Assembly: GCA_905235825.1 (NCBI GenBank)
Contig: CAJONH010000040.1
Coordinates: 1-35,967, forward strand
Source of the DNA: Candidatus Gastranaerophilales bacterium
Lineage (GTDB): Bacteria > Cyanobacteriota > Vampirovibrionia > Gastranaerophilales > Gastranaerophilaceae
Length of the DNA stretch: 35,967 nt
Direction: 5' to 3'
Below are positions 16,332 through 24,454 of this stretch, piece by piece. Position 1 is the stretch's first letter. Each line of letters begins with the position of its first letter. Made by a program: the position numbers and the translations under genes. The notes under the pieces are model-generated. The model made no database searches and was not told the DNA's origin. It saw only the letters and a list, made by a program, of their open reading frames with translations.

Positions 16332-17219
16332 ATGAAAAATATAAAACTGTTTTACTTTGAAAGTGATAGTATAAAAAATTTTGGCGATATGTTAAACATT
16401 GATATTTGTCGTAAATTGTTTAATGTAAATCCTGTTTTTTCTCCGCCGTTAGAATGTGAAGCTGCTTTTATCGGCAGTCTTTTGGATGATTTTTTATATG
16501 GTAAGACGAAAAAATTAAGTATGAAATTTTTTCGTCCGTATTTCAAAACACCTGTTCAAATATGGGGAAGTGGATTTATTGCAGATGAAAATCAATATAT
16601 AAAAAGAAAATATAATTTAAAAGAAACATTTAACCGCAGATTTAATTGCCATGCGGTACGGGGTAAATTGTCACTTGAAAGATTAAAAAAAATAGATAAA
16701 TTACAGAACTTTAATAAAACAATAATTGGCGATTCGGGGCTGCTTATATCTTTTTTGCTGAAAAAGCAGCCTTCTAAACAATATAGTGCCGGAATTATTC
16801 CGCATCATAATGAAATGGATATGCCTATTTGGAAGGAAATTCAAAATAATATAAAAAATTCAACAATTATATATGTTAATGATACAGTTGAAAATGTTAT
16901 TAACAAAGTTGCACAGTGTGATTGTATATTATCATCTGCTATGCATGGATTAATAGCCGCAGATTCATTAAATATTCCAAACAAAAGAATAATTGCATCT
17001 AATTTAATTATTGGCGGTAATTATAAATTTAATGATTATTATTCGGCTTTTGATATTAATAATCACCAATTTTTGGATATACGAAAAAATTCGCCTATGG
17101 GACAAAAGTTAATTGATTTAACAACTATATCGTCAATTATTGATGAATATAAAATTGATAAAAAACTTGTTGAAACTATAAGAGATAATCTTTATAATGC
17201 ATTTCCATACAGAAATTAA
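16332..17219 (+). CDS. Polysaccharide pyruvyl transferase family protein (CsaB/WcaK-like)
   Basis: NFGDMLN near the N-terminus, then WGSGFI, IGDSGLL and the C-terminal SSAMHGLIAADSLNIP motif are typical of PS_pyruv_trans. 295 aa. Confidence 0.75.
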   Translation: MKNIKLFYFESDSIKNFGDMLNIDICRKLFNVNPVFSPPLECEAAFIGSLLDDFLYGKTKKLSMKFFRPYFKTPVQIWGSGFIADENQYIKRKYNLKETFNRRFNCHAVRGKLSLERLKKIDKLQNFNKTIIGDSGLLISFLLKKQPSKQYSAGIIPHHNEMDMPIWKEIQNNIKNSTIIYVNDTVENVINKVAQCDCILSSAMHGLIAADSLNIPNKRIIASNLIIGGNYKFNDYYSAFDINNHQFLDIRKNSPMGQKLIDLTTISSIIDEYKIDKKLVETIRDNLYNAFPYRN

Positions 17220-17292
17220 TTATTCATGAACCAAAATAAAATTTGCTTCTTCTATTTTTACTTTTCAGCCCTTTCGTAACAAAATCTTTATT

Positions 17293-20200
17293 TTATTTAT
17301 TCTCTTTATATAAAATTAATGAATTTAAATCATCAGGTGTTATTTTAATCGGTTCTTCCTCCATTGTATCAGCGTTAAAACGTTTTAAACAATAATATTC
17401 TTTTTCATCCAATTTTTCTTCTGATTCTTTTCCTTCCAATTTTTCATCGGAATTTTTATCGGCTTTTTTACCTTGCAATTCGCTTTCGGTTATTTTTACA
17501 AATTTGTATATGCTTGTATCAACAGGATGTTCTTTATCGTCCAGGTTCATTGCATTTTTAAATACAGCGTTTAAATCAATACCGTGCTTTAAGCCTTCTT
17601 TTATACTTGCACTGTTTGGGTTTAAAATAATATGATTATATAATTCGTTTGCAGTCGAGGTTTTAACTTCCTTTTTAACAAGATGTTTTGTGTTAAATTT
17701 TGCCAAATCATTATCGGGAGAAACTTGTGCACCAGCATTTGTATGAAGTGAAATTACTACAGAGCCTTCACCGTTATATCTTACAAGACCTTGAATTTTT
17801 GTACCCTTTGTGTCAACAGGAAGTGAAACTGTTGCTCCGTTGTTTAATGCACTTAGTTCTTTGTGGCTTCTTAAATTAGAAACTTTATTCATATCATTAT
17901 AAAAATCTTTAATAAATTTATATCTTTTTTCATTTTCAGGTTTCAAATATTCCCAAGGGATTACATTTCTGTTTTGCTGATGATAATTCTTCGCTTTTGA
18001 TTCGTATCCTGAAAGTCCCAGTTTATCTCCCGCAAAATCAGTAGGACTGCCCGGAAGTGTAATAAGAAGTTTATACATGTTTAAAAACTTTTCACATGCA
18101 GGTGATAATATATTTTGAAGCAATTCAGCTTCTAAATCAGCTCTGTTGGCTATCGGTTGTGATTTTTCTTTATACTCAACCTGATCAAATACTGACTTTA
18201 TTGCTGTTTCAAAAGTTCTTGTCCCGAAAGCATCCGAATGGAATTTTTTACCTTTGAAATTACCCTGTGCTAAATCGCTGATTGCTTTTCGCAAAAGCGG
18301 TTCTAACGGAGTATCTTTAATTGATGATTCATCTATTGCCTGATTTATTCTATATCCCATAGCAATTGATTTGGAATCAAGTTTATCATAGTCCTGATTT
18401 TTTGCCATAATTACTTTATCAGCGATTTCTCTGTGTTCGGGAGTTTTTAAACCGCCGTGAAATAAATTCATATTCATTGCAAGACAGTGTAAAACCCTTG
18501 GTTTATCGTGATTACCGATAAATGTGTATGAGTTAGCAACACCGTCTTCAGGACTTTGGAACAAAAATCCGGGATTATCATCCCAGCCTTCGGTTAACTT
18601 TTTCCTTAGTTCATACATATTTTCTTCTTTACTCATCCAGTCTGTTTCCCTTGTATCTCCGTCTTCAAATTTAAAAGGAGAATATAATGCCGGCATTAAA
18701 GAGAAGAAATATGTATAATTTGCAACAGAAGTAATTCCTGTCTGTTCAAGAAATTTTCTTTGGGCATCGTCACTGCTTATATATTTTTTTTCAATTTTAT
18801 CTTTATTTTCAGAATCAAACTTTATGAATTGTTCAAGGTCAGTAATTTCAGCAGTAGTATATGCGTGCGGATTTTCTTTTAATACTGTTTGATTATATAC
18901 CTTCCAGAACTCTATTACTTTACTCCATGCATTTTCCATTGTATCTATTCCGGCACGAACATCATCAATTGATGCAACGTCTTTTGCAGCATCAATTCTC
19001 CAGCCGAGTCCGGATTCTGTTCTGTCGTGTACCATTTCGGCAACTTTATAATCGTTTAGTCTTCTGTCTTTAAATCTTTCTTTTAGCATTTCTTTTATTT
19101 GATTTAAATCATCAGTATCATTTAAACGCATTAAGCCTTTTTTCAATTCATCCAATACAATCTGTGATTCTTGAGTTTCTTTACCGCTGTACGGTATTCC
19201 CAGTGATTGCATTGTTATGCTTTCTTCATCTGCTTTTGAAAAATCAAAATGTCCGTCCTTTGAAACAATATCATTCATATTAAATATCTCGTTCTTGTCT
19301 TCATCTTCTCTTTCGGAAGCAAGAACAAGTGATTTTGTTATGATATATCTTGTTAAGTCAGGTACTATTTCTGAAAGCACATATCGTCCGTATTCGCTTA
19401 TATTTCCGTCTTTATCGGAAATTCCGTTTTCTCTGCCTTCTGCATCGGTATATGTTATATCATTAACAACATCTTTTATCATAGGTACTATACTTTTTTC
19501 ATAAATGTTGGTCATTTGTGATGTTGTTTTATTGTATTTTGCATCAGGTTCATTTTGGCGTATTCTTGTTAAATCATACTTAGAAAGTCCAAGTTCCTCT
19601 TTATTTACGGGTCTTTGTGTTATGAACGGAGATGTTATTATACTCATAAGGTTATTAGAAACAGGTAATGTTTCTAACGGAGTATCTACAGCCTTTTTCA
19701 TTATATAATCGTCTACGGTATAATCATTTGGTTTTGTTGTTTTTGTTTCAGGGTTCATCAGGCTTCTTTCATCCGCTTCGTTTAATTTCCTTAAATAATA
19801 GCTTCCGTCTAAAACATTAACAATTACATCTTCATCAATATCTTTTGCATTTTCGGGGAATAATCCCGCATCTGCCATTGACTGAATTGAACTTTTGTAA
19901 TTTTCCGGATCCTCAAGACATTTGCTTAATTCTGTTGTTATATATTCCAGCTGTGTATTTGCAGTTAATTGAGTCCAATATCTTCCCGAATTAATTGCAT
20001 AATCTTTTACTGCTAATGCACCTCTTTCAAAATCTTCCAGTTGTTTTATAGAAAGATTGCTGTTAGCATCTTTATCTGTTACAAAGAAATTTAGTTTGGC
20101 TATATCAACATTTCCGTCCCATAATTCCATTCCACCGGCAGAACGTTTTTCAACAACCTGAAAATTTTTAAAGTTAGTTAAACTTTCAATATCTTTATAA

Positions 20201-21657
20201 TCAAGATGTTTTATGTCATTGAGCTTACCGTCATTTTTCCACATTGTATCTCTCAGTGTTTTTATTAATGACTTAGGATCAACTTCAAGTGCAAACGGAT
20301 ATACAGCATCATCATGTCTTGTTATATCATATATATTATCGGTATTTTTCTTTGCATAAGTTTTCATTGCCGATGGCGATTCCGAATTTATTTGTTCTTC
20401 GCTTGCAAGTCTGTCGTCATAAAATTGTATATATGTCGGCTTCATTTTATCAAAATTTTTATTTGTGGTTAATAATGTCATTCCCCATCTGTTTTTTTCA
20501 ACTAAGAACGGAGAATTCATAATTTTCATTTTTGTATGTTCTTGAATTGTCTTGGTTTTTGCCGGCAAAATTCCTAATTTCTTTTTGTCTTTACCGTGAA
20601 ACATATTTACTGCATAAGAATCCTGACCGTTTCTTAAAACGGCATTAAGATGAACTCCGCCCAAACCTTCGTTAACCAGAGCAGCATCGGCAATCCAGTT
20701 AATTCCGTTCATAAATAAATTCTTTTGTAATTCTTTAAAATCATTTTCCGTACCTAAGTCAGGTGCAACCTGATATGCATTTTCAGTCCAATACAAGTGT
20801 GATGAAACAGAATCTCTTGTGTATGGTGTGCCTACTATTCTTGATACACCTTCTTTTTTTATTTCGGGTAATCTTGCAATAATACCGTCAAAGTTACCGC
20901 CTAATTTATTTGCATGTGTTCTTACGCTGGAAAGAGCTTCTTTTCTCTTATAATCGGCCAATTCCTTTTTCGTTTTTACATCGGCAAGTGATTTCGCTTT
21001 TAATGCATCACCTATTGTAATTTTACCATTTTCATCTTTTATTACACCCGGATAATATTCATCAGGCATAATAAGCTGCATAGGGCCGTTTTTGTTTATT
21101 GTTGCACGGTTCGCAAGTACTACGTTAAACTTATTATTTGTATTTTGTTTATCTCTTATTCCTATAACATCACCGTTATCAAATGCATAAGAAACAATCG
21201 GCTGACCGTTTTTATCTTTTTTTAGTATGTGATTTCCGTTTTCATCAACTAAAGGAACACCGTTTTTATCTCTTTCCAATTCGCTTAATTTAAATCTGTA
21301 TGCAAATCCCAAACCGTCTTTTGAGTTCGTTTTTATTTCTTTTGGAATTTCTATAATACCGTCGGGAGTCATCGCTTTTGTCTTTGCCGGCCCGTTTTTA
21401 TCCATTATGTTTATATTTCCGCCGATATTTTTTATATTATAAAATTCAACTTCGCAATCGTACTTTTGAGAATCGTATATGTAATAAAATTTATGCTGGA
21501 TTTTACCTTCTTTGCTTAATGACTTTTCATGCCCTGAAAACGATACTCCGTTTAGTTTAGAATTACTGTTTTGAATATTCACGATTAACTCCTTTTTATG
21601 CAGAAAATTATATTGTTTTAATACTTCTAAATGTTCTTTTTTGCTCTTATTATACAT
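17293..21657 (-). CDS. Giant (1454 aa) divergent GH13 (alpha-amylase superfamily)-like protein
   Basis: GGNFDGIIARLPEIKKEGVSRI...APDLGTENDFKELQKNLFMNGINWIADAALVNEG matches the GH13 beta1-beta3 region (region I). GWRIDAAKD (res 885-893) matches region II, TTAEITD (~937) region III and TFIGNHDKPR (1045-1054) region IV. The N-terminal beta-rich module (HKFYYIY...GFAYRFKL) resembles E-set/CBM48. No signal peptide. Confidence 0.65.
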   Translation of the reverse strand: MYNKSKKEHLEVLKQYNFLHKKELIVNIQNSNSKLNGVSFSGHEKSLSKEGKIQHKFYYIYDSQKYDCEVEFYNIKNIGGNINIMDKNGPAKTKAMTPDGIIEIPKEIKTNSKDGLGFAYRFKLSELERDKNGVPLVDENGNHILKKDKNGQPIVSYAFDNGDVIGIRDKQNTNNKFNVVLANRATINKNGPMQLIMPDEYYPGVIKDENGKITIGDALKAKSLADVKTKKELADYKRKEALSSVRTHANKLGGNFDGIIARLPEIKKEGVSRIVGTPYTRDSVSSHLYWTENAYQVAPDLGTENDFKELQKNLFMNGINWIADAALVNEGLGGVHLNAVLRNGQDSYAVNMFHGKDKKKLGILPAKTKTIQEHTKMKIMNSPFLVEKNRWGMTLLTTNKNFDKMKPTYIQFYDDRLASEEQINSESPSAMKTYAKKNTDNIYDITRHDDAVYPFALEVDPKSLIKTLRDTMWKNDGKLNDIKHLDYKDIESLTNFKNFQVVEKRSAGGMELWDGNVDIAKLNFFVTDKDANSNLSIKQLEDFERGALAVKDYAINSGRYWTQLTANTQLEYITTELSKCLEDPENYKSSIQSMADAGLFPENAKDIDEDVIVNVLDGSYYLRKLNEADERSLMNPETKTTKPNDYTVDDYIMKKAVDTPLETLPVSNNLMSIITSPFITQRPVNKEELGLSKYDLTRIRQNEPDAKYNKTTSQMTNIYEKSIVPMIKDVVNDITYTDAEGRENGISDKDGNISEYGRYVLSEIVPDLTRYIITKSLVLASEREDEDKNEIFNMNDIVSKDGHFDFSKADEESITMQSLGIPYSGKETQESQIVLDELKKGLMRLNDTDDLNQIKEMLKERFKDRRLNDYKVAEMVHDRTESGLGWRIDAAKDVASIDDVRAGIDTMENAWSKVIEFWKVYNQTVLKENPHAYTTAEITDLEQFIKFDSENKDKIEKKYISSDDAQRKFLEQTGITSVANYTYFFSLMPALYSPFKFEDGDTRETDWMSKEENMYELRKKLTEGWDDNPGFLFQSPEDGVANSYTFIGNHDKPRVLHCLAMNMNLFHGGLKTPEHREIADKVIMAKNQDYDKLDSKSIAMGYRINQAIDESSIKDTPLEPLLRKAISDLAQGNFKGKKFHSDAFGTRTFETAIKSVFDQVEYKEKSQPIANRADLEAELLQNILSPACEKFLNMYKLLITLPGSPTDFAGDKLGLSGYESKAKNYHQQNRNVIPWEYLKPENEKRYKFIKDFYNDMNKVSNLRSHKELSALNNGATVSLPVDTKGTKIQGLVRYNGEGSVVISLHTNAGAQVSPDNDLAKFNTKHLVKKEVKTSTANELYNHIILNPNSASIKEGLKHGIDLNAVFKNAMNLDDKEHPVDTSIYKFVKITESELQGKKADKNSDEKLEGKESEEKLDEKEYYCLKRFNADTMEEEPIKITPDDLNSLILYKENK

Positions 21658-21661
21658 TCTA

Positions 21662-21700
21662 TTTACAAATGTTTACAGTATTTGTGTTAATATTTGTAAA
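21662..21700. promoter_or_regulatory. 9-bp inverted repeat TTTACAAAT-N21-ATTTGTAAA in the divergent promoter / 5' UTR region
   Basis: Left arm 21662-21670 and right arm 21692-21700 are perfectly complementary. The left arm ends 4 nt from the GH13 start codon. The right arm is part of the 12-mer TTTGTAAAAAAT (21693-21704), which also occurs at 7255 and 7345. Confidence 0.35.
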
Positions 21701-21770
21701 AAATATATTTTTATAGAGTTTTTTATAACAATTAATTAAATTTACGGACATTATATTAAGTGGAGAAATT

Positions 21771-22055
21771 ATGTCTAATATAATAAATACCCAAAATAAC
21801 GACAGCGAAAACCCTGTATATTCGAGAAGAATATTAAATGAAAATACTTCCCGTTTTTCTCAGGCTCCTTTGAAACTGCCAAAATATTCTTTAAATAAAG
21901 CATTAAAAGAAAAAGATGAATTTCGCCTGAGGGCTGAAAATAATCTTTATACAAGTGAAAAATCACATGAAAAAATGAGTTTATTTAAAAAGATACTGCT
22001 CGCAGGCAGTGCTGTTGCCGCATTTATTATACTGGAAGCAAAAAAAATAATTTAA
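21771..22055 (+). CDS. Small (94 aa) C-terminally membrane-anchored hypothetical protein
   Basis: GGAG lies 7 nt upstream of the ATG. A polar N-terminal ~70 aa is followed by a single C-terminal TM (LFKKILLAGSAVAAFIILEAKKII). It ends 23 nt before the next gene. Confidence 0.5.
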   Translation: MSNIINTQNNDSENPVYSRRILNENTSRFSQAPLKLPKYSLNKALKEKDEFRLRAENNLYTSEKSHEKMSLFKKILLAGSAVAAFIILEAKKII

Positions 22056-22078
22056 TTTGATAAATGTAAGGTAAATTA

Positions 22079-23557
22079 ATGTATATTACAACTTCTCAAT
22101 GTGTTTCATATAAAAATGATTCACTCATAAGTCCGCAGGTAAACGATAATATAAAAAAACATAACAGCAATTCTTTTAACAATGATTTATTTATACCCCA
22201 AAATAATAATTCCAAACAAGTGTCATTTAACGGAATATTTAGTTTCGTATCAAAAATTCTGGGTTTTGATGGGCCTAAACTTCCGGATGATACCGATCCG
22301 TCATTATCATTGCATGAAAAGTTATCTATAGGAGTTAAAAAAGAATGGGATGAAGATATTCCACCTGAAAAATTTAAAGGTATTATGAGTCCTGCTAAGC
22401 TAAAAGCACATCTTAAAAATCTAACAACCGAAAACTTTATTTGTACCGAAGAAAATAAGGACAACTGTATTTATAATACAGATTTGGATTGTATTACAAC
22501 TTTTTCTTATAACGGAAGGGAATGTATTCAAGATATTCTTGACGAAGTTGCAAAATATGCAAATTATTATAAAAAGAAAACAGGTAAAAATTTTGTTCTT
22601 GCTTTTACCGATAATGATTCAATTGAGGGCTTAAAACATGCCGTAAGACGTGTAGCTAATAATAACGATAGATATAAAAATATAGACTTTGTTCCGGGCA
22701 TGAAAATATCTTTTATATATAAAGTGTCTGATAAAAGGTGTGAAAACGGCAAATTGCTTGTATACGGCGTAAACCCTTTTTCTGATAATGTTAATGATTT
22801 TGTTCTGAATACTTTGGCACGCAGACAGGATATGATTGTTGATTTTATTTCAGGTGCAGCTGAACTATACAGAGATGCTCATTTTACTGAACATGAATTC
22901 TATTCGAATAATAATATGTATTTTTCAAAAGATTTGGGTCAATCCAATTTATATAGTAAAATTCGTGAATACATGATGTCTAAAAGAGATAAAGATCTTC
23001 TAGGTTTACAAATACCGCCCGATGAAATTTATAAATTATCGGAAGGTATATTCTCAAGTATGGATACTATTTTTAACGGTTCTAACGATTTTGAAAATTT
23101 TTGTATACTGATTGCCGGTAGTAAAGAAAATGCAAATTCCTTCGTTAACAAGGTACTTGATAAATATTCTACCCGGTATGACCCTGAAACCAATGAAATA
23201 TTTTCTGCCTCTGAAAATATATATTCTGATTTTATAAATTGTATGAAGCTGGAAACACCGAGGCCGATTATGGCTTTATCTGCTCCTTATTATTTATCGC
23301 ATCATTTTGAACATTCAGGCGACAAAATATTTCCTAATGTTGTAAATTTTATGAAAAGTCTGCAAAAATATTCGGCAGGCATGCTTCTGGGATTTGAATC
23401 GGCTTCACCTGCTTACGATTTGGATAAAGAGCTGACAGCTAACAAAGATGCACTATATAATTTTAATACTTATATAAAAGAAAATACCAATTTACAAGAA
23501 GTGGGCGGCAGTTTTGTAACCAGAAATATTATAAACTTACCTGTTGATGTTGACTAG
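22079..23557 (+). CDS. TrpH/YciV-like PHP-domain protein with degenerate metal-binding motifs, plus a ~130-aa N-terminal extension
   Basis: The order and spacing of the PHP motifs are conserved, but the ligand residues are replaced. DLHxHT becomes TDLDCITTFSYNG. AxTDHD becomes LAFTDND. PGxE becomes VPGMKIS. AHP becomes LSAPYY. GGSDxH becomes VGGSFV. Confidence 0.6.
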   Translation: MYITTSQCVSYKNDSLISPQVNDNIKKHNSNSFNNDLFIPQNNNSKQVSFNGIFSFVSKILGFDGPKLPDDTDPSLSLHEKLSIGVKKEWDEDIPPEKFKGIMSPAKLKAHLKNLTTENFICTEENKDNCIYNTDLDCITTFSYNGRECIQDILDEVAKYANYYKKKTGKNFVLAFTDNDSIEGLKHAVRRVANNNDRYKNIDFVPGMKISFIYKVSDKRCENGKLLVYGVNPFSDNVNDFVLNTLARRQDMIVDFISGAAELYRDAHFTEHEFYSNNNMYFSKDLGQSNLYSKIREYMMSKRDKDLLGLQIPPDEIYKLSEGIFSSMDTIFNGSNDFENFCILIAGSKENANSFVNKVLDKYSTRYDPETNEIFSASENIYSDFINCMKLETPRPIMALSAPYYLSHHFEHSGDKIFPNVVNFMKSLQKYSAGMLLGFESASPAYDLDKELTANKDALYNFNTYIKENTNLQEVGGSFVTRNIINLPVDVD

Positions 23558-24454
23558 GTTATATGTAAGCACAACATCGTTGCCTTGTTCTGATATATAT
23601 AAAACATCATTTTTTATATACAGAAAATACGGTTTTGAAACTCTATCCATAAAGACACTGACATTACCGCCTTTTGTAATTTTTAATATATTATTTGCAT
23701 CAAAGTTTGCTACATATAAATTATCATAAGCATCTATAGCAATACCTACAGGGCCTTCTATTAAATATCCGCTTACAAAATTTGTTCTTTTTTTATTTTT
23801 ATCAATTTTTACTATAGAATTATCAGCATAGCAGGCAACATACATATTCCCCTCTGAATCAACAGCCATGCCTGCCGGCGAACTGAATTTATCTATTAAT
23901 ACTTTTTTTGTTTCGGTTGCTGTAGTTACCTTTGCACGTTCTATTGTTCCCTTTTGCTTATTAAACATTTCGTTTGCATCCGCTGTTAATTGTCGGACAA
24001 GTTCGTAATTATAATAATCTTCGGGAATATGCTTTAAATATCTTAGTGCCAGTGAATAATTTTTTCTGTTATATGAAATTTTTGCAGCCTGCAAAATTGA
24101 ATCATAGTCATAAGGATCTGTTTTTATTATTTTTAAATATATATTATACGCTTCATCGTACTTTTTTTGTTCTATATATATGGCTGCAATATTATAATAG
24201 GCATCAGTAAACTCAGGATTAAATGAAAGTGCTTTATTAAAATATTCTATTGCCGTATTATAAGCATGCGAACGCACAAGCTCAACACCCTGCTGATATG
24301 CTTTAGCTGCCTGTTCCATATTATCATTATACGTATCGTCCTGATATTCGTAACCGTAATCGTAATAATCATCGTCATTACAAAAAGCAGGCAGAGCCGT
24401 ATTAGAAATTATTTGTAATAATATTATTAATAATAAAAATAAAATTTTTTTCAT
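23537..24454 (-). CDS. Secreted TPR + NHL-repeat (beta-propeller) protein
   Basis: Signal peptide MKKILFLLLIILLQIISNTALPAFC. TPR units (YNTAIEYFNKALSFNPEFTDAYYNIAAIYIEQKKYDEA). C-terminal NHL repeats (PAGMAVDSEGNMYVACYADNSIVKI; PVGIAIDAYDNLYVANFDANNILKI). Confidence 0.75.
   Translation of the reverse strand: MKKILFLLLIILLQIISNTALPAFCNDDDYYDYGYEYQDDTYNDNMEQAAKAYQQGVELVRSHAYNTAIEYFNKALSFNPEFTDAYYNIAAIYIEQKKYDEAYNIYLKIIKTDPYDYDSILQAAKISYNRKNYSLALRYLKHIPEDYYNYELVRQLTADANEMFNKQKGTIERAKVTTATETKKVLIDKFSSPAGMAVDSEGNMYVACYADNSIVKIDKNKKRTNFVSGYLIEGPVGIAIDAYDNLYVANFDANNILKITKGGNVSVFMDRVSKPYFLYIKNDVLYISEQGNDVVLTYNLVNINR

Noticed and set aside
18524-21560. Seven short plus-strand ORFs (60-95 aa) antisense to the giant GH13 gene
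   Set aside because: All are embedded in one continuous 1454-codon minus-strand frame that carries the GH13 motifs. Their sequences are hydrophobic and low-complexity, with no start context.
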